Below are positions 27,762 through 37,330 of a stretch of DNA of 64,000 bases, one piece after another. The notes below the pieces were generated by a model. That model ran no database searches. It was not told where the DNA came from and saw nothing but the letters and a program-made list of their open reading frames with translations. Positions within the stretch are counted from its first letter, which is position 1. Every line of letters begins with the position of its first letter. The stretch lies in contig NZ_JAFEIG010000015.1 of NCBI RefSeq assembly GCF_017495225.1, positions 35,957 through 99,956 on the forward strand, read 5' to 3'. Both the position numbers and the translations under genes were made by a program. The stretch comes from Daejeonella sp. GTDB lineage: Bacteria > Bacteroidota > Bacteroidia > Sphingobacteriales > Sphingobacteriaceae.

Positions 27762-30215
27762 TTAACCTATTTCAGCTTTTTTATTTTTGAGAGAGTGCCT
27801 TTTAGGAGTTTTAAAACGCTTTTTTTCAGCGTGATTCATATTTTCTATCCCTTCAACAAGTGCATCTGGATTAAATGAAATACTGTCTATGCCTTCTTCA
27901 ATTAGAAATTCGGCAAATTCAGGAATGTCGCTTGGCGCTTGCCCACAAAGCCCAACTTTAATTCCATTTTTCTTGGCAGCTTTTATCGTTCTCCGTATTA
28001 ACTCTTTTACAGCAGGGTTTTCTTCATTAAACAAGTGATTTACCAAACTTGAGTCGCGATCAATACCCAAAGTGAGCTGAGTTAGGTCATTTGATCCAAT
28101 AGAGAATCCATCAAAAAGCCTTGCAAATTCGTCGGCCAAAAGCACATTGCTTGGTATTTCAATCATTACATAGACTTTAAGTCCATTTACTCCTTTTTTC
28201 AAGCCATTTTTTGCCATTTCTTCCAATACTTTTTCACCCTCTTCAAGGGTTCTGCAGAAAGGAATCATAAGTTTGACGTTTTTTAGGCCCATTTCATCTC
28301 TCACTTTTTTCATGGCTCGGCATTCAAGTGCGAAAGCATCTCTGTAAAATTTGCTATAGTATCTTGATGCACCACGTAAGCCTATCATAGGATTTTCTTC
28401 ACTTGGTTCAAAATAGGATCCTCCTAATAAATTGACATATTCATTGCTTTTAAAATCGCTAAATCTTACAATAACTTCTTTGGGATAAAAGGCCGCTGCA
28501 ACCATCGAAACAGCCTCTGCAAGTTGGTCAACGAAGTATTCTTTGCCATCTTTATAGTTTCCAATAATTTCTTTGATTTTACCCCTAATCTCCTCGTCAA
28601 TTGCTTTTTCAGGCTCGCAAAATACTAAAGGATGTATTTTTATACTCTTTGAAATGGTAAATTCAAGTCGCATAAGGCCAACCCCATGATTAGGATATTT
28701 GCTAAGTTCAAATGCTCTTTCTGGATCAGATAATATCAATAGGGCAGGGGTTTTGGGTAGTTTAACTTTACTAAAATCCTGCTCTTCAACTGTCCATTTT
28801 AATAATCCTTCATAAATATTTCCTGATTTGCCATCTGCGCAGGAAACGGTTATTTCATCTCCAGTTTCAATTACCTTGGTGGCATTCCCCGAACCTACAA
28901 CAGCTAAAGTTCCCAGCTCGCGTGCTACTATGGCTGCGTGACTTGTTCTTCCGCCTTTATTGGTGATAATTGCCGCCGCTTTTTTTAAGATAGGATCCCA
29001 ATCTGGATTAGTAATGTCGGTTACTAAAATTTCTCCTTCTTTTAATTGTTTACCCTCTTGCGGATTGTTAAGTATTCGAGCTTTTCCAGATCTAATTTTA
29101 TCGCCTAAAGCGATTCCTGTAGCCAATAATTTTGATTTTTCGGCAAGCCAATAAATCTCATGAACTTGTTTTTTAGGTTTTGCATGTACAGTTTCTGGCC
29201 TAGCCTGAACAATGTATAGTTTATTGTTAATGCCATCTTTAGCCCACTCAATATCCATAGCTTTCCCATAATGCTTTTCAATAATAAGGCACCATTTTGC
29301 TAATTGTACAACTTCAGCATTGTTAAGGCAGAATTCTTTTTGTTTATCTATGCTTGTTTCTAAATTCAAAATGGTACTCTCACTGGTTTGCAAGTCAGAT
29401 TTTTCGGCATAAACCATGGTGTATTCCTTTTTACCACAAACTTTTTTTATGATAGGTTTATACTGATCTTGATTGAGCGTTGGTTTAAAAACTATCCATT
29501 CATCTGGTATGGCCCTACCTTGGACAATATTTTCACCTAACCCCCAAATGCCATTTATAATTATTGTGTTCTTAAAACCGGTGTCGGGATCAATGGTAAA
29601 TACTACCCCAGACGATGCTTTATCACTTCTAACCATTTGTTGAACCCCTACCGAAATGGCAATATCCTTTTCCATAAAGCCCATGTCATGGCGGTACTTA
29701 ATAGCCCTATCCGTAAATAAGGATACATAACATTGCTTAATAGCATCCAATAATTGCTCTTCACCACTGATGTTTAAAAAGGATTCCATTCTGCCGGCAA
29801 AACTAGCAGTGGGCAAATCTTCGGCAGTAGCGCTACTGCGAACAGCCACATCTAGCACTTCTATACCTAGATTGTTGCAAAGTGAACTATAGGCTGTTTT
29901 TACTTGTTGTTCTATCTCCTCAGGAATTTTTGAATTAAGGATTAGGTTTCTTGCTTGCTCTCCAATAGTACTTAAATTGCTAAAACCCTGCTTATCGAGG
30001 GTAAGCAGTAGGTCTTTAAGCTCCTGCTCAATTTTATTCTCCTTTCTGAATAATCGATATGCTTCGGCAGTCAAGGCGAAGCCATCCGGAATATTTATGC
30101 CCTTACTATTCAATTGGTTGAACATTTCTCCTAATGATGAGTTTTTCCCACCCACGCGGGCAATGTCATCAATGTGAATCTCGCTGAAAGGGATCGTATA
30201 TGATAATGCTTGCAT
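27762..30215 (-). CDS. ppsA: Phosphoenolpyruvate synthase (pyruvate,water dikinase)
   Basis: VGGKNSSLGE, VRSSATAEDLP, VQARPETV, GGRTSHAAIVARE, FSIGSNDLTQ. Confidence 0.95.
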   Translation of the reverse strand: MQALSYTIPFSEIHIDDIARVGGKNSSLGEMFNQLNSKGINIPDGFALTAEAYRLFRKENKIEQELKDLLLTLDKQGFSNLSTIGEQARNLILNSKIPEEIEQQVKTAYSSLCNNLGIEVLDVAVRSSATAEDLPTASFAGRMESFLNISGEEQLLDAIKQCYVSLFTDRAIKYRHDMGFMEKDIAISVGVQQMVRSDKASSGVVFTIDPDTGFKNTIIINGIWGLGENIVQGRAIPDEWIVFKPTLNQDQYKPIIKKVCGKKEYTMVYAEKSDLQTSESTILNLETSIDKQKEFCLNNAEVVQLAKWCLIIEKHYGKAMDIEWAKDGINNKLYIVQARPETVHAKPKKQVHEIYWLAEKSKLLATGIALGDKIRSGKARILNNPQEGKQLKEGEILVTDITNPDWDPILKKAAAIITNKGGRTSHAAIVARELGTLAVVGSGNATKVIETGDEITVSCADGKSGNIYEGLLKWTVEEQDFSKVKLPKTPALLILSDPERAFELSKYPNHGVGLMRLEFTISKSIKIHPLVFCEPEKAIDEEIRGKIKEIIGNYKDGKEYFVDQLAEAVSMVAAAFYPKEVIVRFSDFKSNEYVNLLGGSYFEPSEENPMIGLRGASRYYSKFYRDAFALECRAMKKVRDEMGLKNVKLMIPFCRTLEEGEKVLEEMAKNGLKKGVNGLKVYVMIEIPSNVLLADEFARLFDGFSIGSNDLTQLTLGIDRDSSLVNHLFNEENPAVKELIRRTIKAAKKNGIKVGLCGQAPSDIPEFAEFLIEEGIDSISFNPDALVEGIENMNHAEKKRFKTPKRHSLKNKKAEIG

Positions 30216-30337
30216 TTATTAAGAATTTAATTAACCTATTATCGACTATGTTTTTAGAAGTATTTAAATGGTTGGGTTGGAAATTTTGGATAAATCTTTA
30301 TTTTTTTAAATAAGTTTCATCCTTGAAAAAGCTAATA

Positions 30338-30368
30338 TTGAAACAATGTATTAATGGTATTGTTTCAA
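30338..30368. promoter_or_regulatory. 10-bp inverted repeat upstream of ppsA
   Basis: TTGAAACAAT-N11-ATTGTTTCAA. Confidence 0.35.
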
Positions 30369-30574
30369 ATTCTTTGCGCTAGATTTTGATTTTTTCAGGT
30401 AAAATCATTTTTTATTTGGCTTCAAATCAGATTTAAATCATGGTTATTAGCTCAAATTTTGGATTGATAACAAAATCAGATTTTCTTTATTGCTAAAAAA
30501 AACGCTTTTAATGACTATTTAGAGCATTTTTTAACTAAAAGTTAATTAATAATAAAAAAATTATTCAAAAGCGC

Positions 30575-30604
30575 TTGTCAATACATCTAAATAAATTAGA
30601 TTTG
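30575..30604 (+). promoter_or_regulatory. Bacteroidota -33/-7 promoter
   Basis: TTG (30575) - 19 nt - TAGATTTG (30597). Confidence 0.65.
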
Positions 30605-30627
30605 TTGAACCTTAAAAAAAAACAACA

Positions 30628-30807
30628 ATGGATAAATTTTCAAAAATGAAAGAATTGTTTGCTTCAGTTGAAGTAGACGCTAACAAATTTTACAATTCAG
30701 GTAACAGTGCTGCAGGAACAAGAGTTCGTAAAGGCATGCAAGATTTGAAAAATTTAGCTCAGGAAATCAGAAATGAAGTGACTGAGAAGAAAAACAGTGC
30801 AAAATAA
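30628..30807 (+). CDS. Histone-H1-like (Hc1-like) small protein, 59 aa; not in the ORF track
   Basis: MDKFSKMKELFASVEVDANKFYNSGNSAAGTRVRKGMQDLKNLAQEIRNEVTEKKNSAK; own promoter and terminator. Confidence 0.9.
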   Translation: MDKFSKMKELFASVEVDANKFYNSGNSAAGTRVRKGMQDLKNLAQEIRNEVTEKKNSAK

Positions 30808-30825
30808 TTTTAGCACTTTTTCAAA

Positions 30826-30862
30826 TAATTAAAAAGGCTGGTTTATCCAGCCTTTTTAATTA
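30826..30862 (+). terminator. Intrinsic terminator
   Basis: AAAAAGGCTGG..CCAGCCTTTTT. Confidence 0.85.
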
Positions 30863-30990
30863 TTTCACTTCCTTTCTCATTAATTATTTCCTTGTTTTTC
30901 CCCAAAAGAAGTCCTAACAATTATTTCTCTCTTTTACTGTGATTTGTAAATCAATAATTCGGTCAATTATTTTAGATTTGTACCATAATT

Positions 30991-31371
30991 ATGAAAGATT
31001 TCAAAAACTATTATCTCATACAGGCTAGTCCCGAAGAGGTTTACCTCGCCTTAACAAATCCACTTACTATTTCACTTTGGACAGGTGCAGAGGCTATTAT
31101 GAGTACTGAACCAGGCTCAGAATTTTCTTTGTGGGATGACAGTATTGTGGGTAAGAACATCGAATTTGTTGAGAATAAAAAGATTGTTCAACAGTGGTAT
31201 TTTGGTGATCAGCCTGAAGAATCAATAGTAACTTTTATTTTACATCCAGATAAAAACGGGACATCACTAGAGCTCCGCCATACTAATATTCCTGATTCTG
31301 ATATTCAGGATATGATTGATGGCTGGAATTTGAATTACTTTGGTGCACTACAAGATTTTTATGATGAATAG
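30991..31371 (+). CDS. SRPBCC / AHSA1 domain protein
   Basis: ASPEEVYLALT..W, GKNIEFVENKKIVQQW, GWNLNYF; TAGATTTG at 30973. Confidence 0.85.
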   Translation: MKDFKNYYLIQASPEEVYLALTNPLTISLWTGAEAIMSTEPGSEFSLWDDSIVGKNIEFVENKKIVQQWYFGDQPEESIVTFILHPDKNGTSLELRHTNIPDSDIQDMIDGWNLNYFGALQDFYDE

Positions 31372-31747
31372 TTTCATCGAAAAATTCTAAATTTTTATCT
31401 CGTCTTTAGAAAAGGAATACACTTAGCTTCTTTTGGACTAAAATCTAGGAGATTGTATCCTAATTGCTGTAAATATCCATCCCAAATAAATCGATAAAAT
31501 TCATCAGATAGTGCTTGGATATAGAAAATTAAGCAAAATCTGATAAATACCTAGCTAGTTTAATTGCATTAAAATTAAGCCGACTAATATTCTTTTTTTT
31601 GAAATACTCAATAAAAATTATTGATTAAGAACTAATTAAATCACAAAATTAGACCTTTCTGTTAAAATATAGCCCACAAGGGATTTGAAAACCATTAATT
31701 ACCAGGTTTATTTAGGCATTAATAAAATTTAGCTTATTTTGTAAAAT

Positions 31748-32548
31748 ATGCAAAAGCGCACATTTACAGATCAAATGGGGAGGCTTATTTCCTTTAATTT
31801 TCCGCCCAAGCGGATTATTTCTCTGGTGCCTTCCCAAACGGAGCTTCTTTTCGATTTAGGTTTGGATGAGGAGCTTATTGGGATTACCAAGTTTTGCATC
31901 CATCCTCATGATAAATTTAAGACTAAAACGAAGATTGGTGGCACCAAAAAACTCGATTTAGATAAAATTAGGGCATTAAATCCGGATCTTATCATTGGGA
32001 ATAAGGAGGAAAATGATCAGGCACAAATTAAAGAATTGATGCTTGAATTCCCTGTTTGGATGAGTGATATCACTCTTTTTGAAGATGCGATAGAGATGAT
32101 TGGGCAAATTGCTGAGCTCACAGGAAAAAAGGAAAATGGACTTCAAATCACTTCAAGCATCGAAATGAGCTTTGCAGAAATTCCCCAAAATCAAGCTTGC
32201 CGAAAAAGTGTGGCTTATTTTATTTGGAAAGATCCTTATATGTTGGCAGGAAAAGATACTTTTATTGATACTATTCTGGAAAAGGCTGGTTTTGATAATG
32301 TAATAGCTATGAGTCGATACCCCGCAATGTCACTTTCAGATATAAGAGAACTTAATCCTGAGCATATTTTTTTATCATCCGAACCCTATCCATTTAAGAA
32401 TGAGCATGTTGTAGAGATGGGGGCTATTTTTCCTGATTCTACGGTACGGATAGTGGATGGCGAGTTGTTTTCTTGGTATGGGAGTAGGTTGCGGTTTACG
32501 TCGGATTACCTATTACAGCTTTTGCAAAAAATTAATTGTCATTCTTAA
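31748..32548 (+). CDS. Helical-backbone metal receptor (BtuF-like substrate-binding protein)
   Basis: RIISLVPSQTE, GITKFC, GGTK, KEEN, SSEPYPF, DGELFSWYG. Confidence 0.85.
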   Translation: MQKRTFTDQMGRLISFNFPPKRIISLVPSQTELLFDLGLDEELIGITKFCIHPHDKFKTKTKIGGTKKLDLDKIRALNPDLIIGNKEENDQAQIKELMLEFPVWMSDITLFEDAIEMIGQIAELTGKKENGLQITSSIEMSFAEIPQNQACRKSVAYFIWKDPYMLAGKDTFIDTILEKAGFDNVIAMSRYPAMSLSDIRELNPEHIFLSSEPYPFKNEHVVEMGAIFPDSTVRIVDGELFSWYGSRLRFTSDYLLQLLQKINCHS

Positions 32549-32566
32549 ATAATAAGAAGAATAGAT

Positions 32567-32597
32567 TTTGTAATTATCTAGAAATTCCTTATTTTTG
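32567..32597 (+). promoter_or_regulatory. Consensus -33/-7 promoter for tRNA-Leu-tig
   Basis: TTTG - 19 nt - TATTTTTG. Confidence 0.75.
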
Positions 32598-32676
32598 CAG
32601 ACCGAAATGCTTAAGGTTATGCTTTATTTAAAAAAGCTTTAAAAATCTCAGGTTTTTCTAAAATAATCCTAATGAT

Positions 32677-32758
32677 GCGGATGTGGCGTAATTGGTAGCC
32701 GCACCAGACTTAGGATCTGGCGCTTCACGGCGTGGGGGTTCGAGTCCCTTCATCCGCA
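32677..32758 (+). tRNA. trnL: tRNA-Leu (TAG)
   Basis: Acceptor GCGGATG/CATCCGC, anticodon arm CCAGA-CTTAGGA-TCTGG, long variable arm, GGTTCGAGTCC. Confidence 0.97.
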
Positions 32759-32764
32759 CATATT

Positions 32765-32794
32765 AATTCCTCGGCTACAAACCGGGGAATTTTT
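32765..32794 (+). terminator. Hairpin after tRNA-Leu (terminator or processing signal)
   Basis: AATTCCTCGG..CCGGGGAATTTTT. Confidence 0.55.
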
Positions 32795-32825
32795 GTATAA
32801 ACTAAAACGACATAAAACTCAGAAA

Positions 32826-34172
32826 ATGAACATTACACAGGACAAAATAGACAATCTGAATTCTGTACTTACTGTAAAGATTAATCCTGAAGATTACAAA
32901 GAGCGTGTAGAAAAGGCAGTTAAAGCTCAAGCTAAAAAGGCAAAATTACCAGGATTCCGTCCCGGAATGGTGCCTGCAGCCCACATTAAAAAGATGTATG
33001 GCAAAAGTATTCTAGTTGATGAGGTTAATAACATCTTAAACGATACTTTAAGCAACTATATTAGCGAGAATAAATTAGAAGTTTTGGGTCAGCCGCTACC
33101 TAAAATCGATGATTCTAAAGACTATAACTGGGATTACAATGATAATTTCGAGTTTGTATATGAATTAGGTCTTGCACCTGAGTTTAATTTAGAATTTAGT
33201 TCTAAAGATAAACTGACTTATTATCAAGTAAAAGTAGATCCTGAAACTTTAGCTTCTCGTATTACTAATTTGAGAAAAAGCTATGGCAAAATGTCAAATC
33301 CTGACGTATCGGCAGATGATGATGTATTGTATTCTGATTTGAAGCAATTAGCTGCAGATGGTTCTATTTTTGAAGGTGGAATTACTGCAACTTCTGCTAT
33401 TCGCTTAGATCAAGTTACTGATTCTAAAATCAAGAAGTCGCTAATTGGTTTAAAGAAGGAAGATGTATTAGAAATAGATATTCAGAAGGCTTTTGATTCT
33501 AATGTAACAATCATTTCTAAAGTATTAAATATCGAGGAAGAAGATGCTCAAGACTTGAAATCTAAATTCCAATTAACGGTAAAAAATATCAACCGTTTAG
33601 AAGAAGGTGATTTAAATCAAGAGTTCTTCGATAAACTTTTCGGTGCAGATGTTGTTAAATCTGAAGAAGAGTTTAAAGAAAAAATTAGAGAAGAGCTTGA
33701 AAGCATGATGGTTCAAAATGCAGACCAAAAGCTTCAGGGTGATATGCTTCAATTTGGTTTAGATAAGACGAAATTAAGTTTACCAGATGATTTCTTAAAG
33801 CGTTGGTTAAAAGCCACTAATGAGAAATTAAGTGATGAGGAATTGGAAAAAGGTTATGATGATTTTGCTCGTAACTTACGCTGGACTCTAATTGAAAATA
33901 AGATTATCAAGGATAATAAACTAGAGATCAAATACGAAGAAGTTTTTGCAGCTGCTAAAAATCGCTTAGATTCTCAGTTTAGAATGTATAGTCCGCAGCC
34001 ACTCTCTGAAGAGCAACTCGGACAATATACGGCGCAGTTTTTGCAGAATAAAGAAAATGCGAACCGAATTTTTGAGGAAGTAAAAGGGCAGCATGTATTT
34101 GAATATCTAAAAGGTGTTGTTACCTTAGATAAAAAAGATATTCAGTACAATAAATTCTTGGAATTGAAATAA
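32826..34172 (+). CDS. tig: Trigger factor
   Basis: LPGFRPGMVP signature; tRNA-Leu-tig-clpP-clpX synteny; start moved to ATG 32826. Confidence 0.95.
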   Translation: MNITQDKIDNLNSVLTVKINPEDYKERVEKAVKAQAKKAKLPGFRPGMVPAAHIKKMYGKSILVDEVNNILNDTLSNYISENKLEVLGQPLPKIDDSKDYNWDYNDNFEFVYELGLAPEFNLEFSSKDKLTYYQVKVDPETLASRITNLRKSYGKMSNPDVSADDDVLYSDLKQLAADGSIFEGGITATSAIRLDQVTDSKIKKSLIGLKKEDVLEIDIQKAFDSNVTIISKVLNIEEEDAQDLKSKFQLTVKNINRLEEGDLNQEFFDKLFGADVVKSEEEFKEKIREELESMMVQNADQKLQGDMLQFGLDKTKLSLPDDFLKRWLKATNEKLSDEELEKGYDDFARNLRWTLIENKIIKDNKLEIKYEEVFAAAKNRLDSQFRMYSPQPLSEEQLGQYTAQFLQNKENANRIFEEVKGQHVFEYLKGVVTLDKKDIQYNKFLELK

Positions 34173-34266
34173 GCGAATTGTTTTTGGTCTTATTCATTCC
34201 ATTTATTTTGATCTTTTGTTTTCTACATTAAAATAAATGTTAACCTAATAATTAGAATATATCAAA

Positions 34267-34965
34267 ATGAACATTGATAAGAACGAATTCAGAAAATATG
34301 CGGTTAAACATCATCGCATTGGAAGTCAGCATGTAGACAGCTTTATTGGCAGAGTTCAAAATGCTTCTATACCTACTTCTATGACTCCTTATATCATTGA
34401 AGAGCGTCAGTTGAACGTTGCACAGATGGATGTTTTCTCTCGCTTGATGATGGATAGAATCATCTTCTTAGGAGATGCTGTTCATGAAGGTATTGCAAAT
34501 ATCATTCAGGCTCAGTTATTATTTCTTCAATCAACAGATGCGAAGAGAGATATTCAAATCTATATCAATTCTCCTGGTGGATCCGTTTATGCTGGTTTAG
34601 GTATTTATGATACCATGCAATACATCACTCCAGATGTGGCAACAATTTGTACAGGTATGGCTGCTTCTATGGCTGCTGTATTACTTTGTGCAGGTACTAA
34701 AGGAAAAAGAGCAGCATTGCCTCACTCAAGAGTAATGATTCATCAGCCTTCTGGCGGTGCTCAGGGAGTTGCTTCTGATATGGAAATCAATCTTCGTGAG
34801 ATGTTGAAGCTTAAAAAAGAGCTATACGATATCATTGCTAAACACTCCGGTCAAACTTATGAGTGGGTTGAGCGTGCATCTGATCGCGATTACTGGATGA
34901 TAGCTGGTGAAGCTAAGGATCATGGCATGATTGATGAAGTTTTAATTGGAACTCGAGATAAATAA
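34267..34965 (+). CDS. clpP: ATP-dependent Clp protease proteolytic subunit
   Basis: DVFSRL, YINSPGG, AASMAA (Ser), MIHQP (His). Confidence 0.97.
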   Translation: MNIDKNEFRKYAVKHHRIGSQHVDSFIGRVQNASIPTSMTPYIIEERQLNVAQMDVFSRLMMDRIIFLGDAVHEGIANIIQAQLLFLQSTDAKRDIQIYINSPGGSVYAGLGIYDTMQYITPDVATICTGMAASMAAVLLCAGTKGKRAALPHSRVMIHQPSGGAQGVASDMEINLREMLKLKKELYDIIAKHSGQTYEWVERASDRDYWMIAGEAKDHGMIDEVLIGTRDK

Positions 34966-34967
34966 TA

Positions 34968-36206
34968 ATGAGTAAGGGAAATAAAGATGTTAAATGTTCA
35001 TTCTGCGGCTCCGGCAAGCAGGATACTCTCATGCTGATTGCTGGTCTAGATGCTCACATTTGTGATAAATGTGTTACTCAGGCTAATCAAATCCTTGCGG
35101 AAGAACTTAATGTCCGTAAAACTAAGTCTAGCCAGACTATCGAAACCCTACTCAAACCCATAGAGATAAAAACTCACCTTGATCAATATGTTATCGGTCA
35201 GGATCAAGCAAAGAAAATACTTTCAGTAGCTGTTTACAACCACTATAAGCGTCTAAACCAAAAAGTTGGTAAAGATGAGGTGGAGATTGAAAAGTCGAAC
35301 ATTATTATGGTTGGCGAAACAGGTACTGGTAAAACTTTACTTGCTAAAACTATTGCCAAAGTATTAAATGTTCCTTTTTGCATCTGTGACGCTACTGTAT
35401 TAACGGAAGCTGGATATGTGGGAGAAGATGTGGAGAGTATTTTAACACGCTTACTTCAGGCAGCTGATTACGATGTGAATTCTGCAGAACGTGGCATCGT
35501 CTACATCGATGAGGTGGATAAAATTGCCCGTAAGAGTGATAATCCATCTATTACTCGTGATGTTTCAGGTGAAGGTGTTCAGCAGGCTTTGTTGAAAATC
35601 TTAGAAGGTACCATTGTTAATGTTCCACCACAAGGTGGAAGAAAGCATCCCGACCAAAAAATGATACCCGTGAATACTAATAATATATTATTCATATGTG
35701 GTGGTGCTTTTGATGGGATTGAAAAGAAAATCGCTAACAGACTTCGCACTCAAACAGTTGGTTATAAAGTAGAAAAGGATGATTTTGAAATCGACCTCAA
35801 AAATCTTTATAAATATATTACCCCACAGGATTTAAAATCATTCGGATTAATTCCTGAATTGATTGGTAGATTACCAGTGATTACACATCTTAATCCTTTG
35901 GATAGGGAAACTTTATTAAATATCCTTACAGAACCAAGAAATTCATTGATTAAGCAGTATAAAAAACTGTTCGAATATGAAAATGTAAATCTTGAATTTG
36001 AAAAAGATGTGATGGAATTTATTGTGGATAAAGCCATGGAGTTTAAGTTGGGGGCTAGGGGACTCAGGTCTATCTGTGAAGCTATCATGATTGATGCGAT
36101 GTATGAAACACCCTCCGGAAAAACGGCCAAAGATTTATTAATCACCTTGGATTATGCCAAGGATAAATTTGAAAAATCTGATCTTAAAAAATTAAAAGTT
36201 GCATAA
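34968..36206 (+). CDS. clpX: Clp protease ATP-binding subunit
   Basis: C4 zinc finger CSFC..CDKC, GETGTGKT, DEVDK, RDVSGEGVQQ. Confidence 0.97.
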   Translation: MSKGNKDVKCSFCGSGKQDTLMLIAGLDAHICDKCVTQANQILAEELNVRKTKSSQTIETLLKPIEIKTHLDQYVIGQDQAKKILSVAVYNHYKRLNQKVGKDEVEIEKSNIIMVGETGTGKTLLAKTIAKVLNVPFCICDATVLTEAGYVGEDVESILTRLLQAADYDVNSAERGIVYIDEVDKIARKSDNPSITRDVSGEGVQQALLKILEGTIVNVPPQGGRKHPDQKMIPVNTNNILFICGGAFDGIEKKIANRLRTQTVGYKVEKDDFEIDLKNLYKYITPQDLKSFGLIPELIGRLPVITHLNPLDRETLLNILTEPRNSLIKQYKKLFEYENVNLEFEKDVMEFIVDKAMEFKLGARGLRSICEAIMIDAMYETPSGKTAKDLLITLDYAKDKFEKSDLKKLKVA

Positions 36207-36210
36207 AAAT

Positions 36211-36235
36211 GGCCCCGATTCGATCGGGGTTTTTT
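36211..36235 (+). terminator. Intrinsic terminator
   Basis: CCCCGAT-tcg-ATCGGGG-TTTTTT. Confidence 0.85.
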
Positions 36236-36254
36236 GTACAATAAAAAATAAAAT

Positions 36255-37112
36255 ATGAGAAAAAAACAAGAACCTATAGTTGAAGCCCCTATTGTGGCAA
36301 AAAAGACGAATGATGTTGAAACTCCTGTAAAATCGGGATTGAAAAATAAGACCGAGATTGTAAATAATTGGCTGCCACGTTATACCGGTCGACCATTAGC
36401 AGAATTTAGCCGTTTTATTTTATTAACTAACTTCTCAAAATACTTACATCTTTTTTCGGAGTGGAATGATAATGCACCAATCGTTGGACTAGATAAGCCG
36501 ATGCAAAGTGTTTCAGCGAATGGAATTACATTGATAAATTTTGGAATGGGAAGTCCCATGGCAGCAACCATGATGGATTTGCTAACCGCTATACAACCAC
36601 AAGCGGTGTTGTTTCTGGGTAAGTGTGGCGGACTAAAAAAGAAGAATAAAATTGGAGATTTGATTTTGCCTATTGCCGCCATTCGTGGTGAGGGTACCTC
36701 AAACGATTATCTTCCTGCTGAAGTCCCGGCACTACCAGCCTTCGCTTTGCAGAAAGCAATTTCAACCACCATTCGTGATCATTCACGTGATTATTGGACG
36801 GGTACAGTTTATACCACTAATCGCCGTGTTTGGGAGCATGACAAAGGGTTTAAAAAGTATTTAAAAACCTTACGTGCCATGGCTGTAGATATGGAAACGG
36901 CAACAATTTTTACTACAGGTTTCGCTAATAAAATCCCTACAGGAGCTTTATTATTAGTTTCTGATCAGCCTATGATTCCGGAAGGTGTTAAAACTGCTGA
37001 AAGCGATTCAAATGTAACCGAACAATATGTGGAAACCCATTTAAGAGTTGGAATTGATTCACTTAAGCAATTGATTAACAATGGTTTAACTGTAAAACAT
37101 TTGAAATTTTAA
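36255..37112 (+). CDS. amn: AMP nucleosidase (PNP/UDP family)
   Basis: NFGMGSP, FLGKCGGL, RGEGTS, DMETAT, LLLVSD. Confidence 0.9.
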   Translation: MRKKQEPIVEAPIVAKKTNDVETPVKSGLKNKTEIVNNWLPRYTGRPLAEFSRFILLTNFSKYLHLFSEWNDNAPIVGLDKPMQSVSANGITLINFGMGSPMAATMMDLLTAIQPQAVLFLGKCGGLKKKNKIGDLILPIAAIRGEGTSNDYLPAEVPALPAFALQKAISTTIRDHSRDYWTGTVYTTNRRVWEHDKGFKKYLKTLRAMAVDMETATIFTTGFANKIPTGALLLVSDQPMIPEGVKTAESDSNVTEQYVETHLRVGIDSLKQLINNGLTVKHLKF

Positions 37113-37125
37113 TATTAAATAGATG

Positions 37126-37310
37126 TAATCATGTAGAGACGCACGGCCGTGCGTCTAATCACGTATATACCCACAACCGTTTGTTTAATCATGTAGAGAC
37201 GCACGGCCGTGCGTCTAATCACATGTATACGCACGGTCGTGCGTCTAATCATATAGATACCACAACCGTGTGTTTAATTATTTAGAGACGCACGGCCGTG
37301 CGTCTCTACA
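37126..37310. repeat. Tandem array of six ~30-bp REP-type palindromic units
   Basis: Units begin TAATC/TAATT at 37126, 37156, 37186, 37216, 37246 and 37275; core GAGACGCACGGCCGTGCGTC; last unit holds a perfect 26-bp palindrome (37283-37308). Confidence 0.9.
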
Positions 37311-37318
37311 AAAATTCG

Positions 37319-37326
37319 TATTTTTG
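37319..37326 (+). promoter_or_regulatory. -7 promoter element directly before the CBS start
   Basis: TATTTTTG, 4 nt before ATG 37331. Confidence 0.55.
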
Positions 37327-37330
37327 CATT

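Noticed and set aside
30248-30313. 21-aa Trp/Phe-rich ORF (MFLEVFKWLGWKFWINLYFFK) as a leader peptide
   Set aside because: Divergent from ppsA, no attenuator hairpins, composition expected from T-rich DNA
31372-31747. Cobalamin riboswitch upstream of the BtuF-like gene
   Set aside because: No GGGAA/B12-box or GC-rich conserved core visible
37126-37310. CRISPR array
   Set aside because: Units are contiguous with no unique spacers, and no cas genes are in the window
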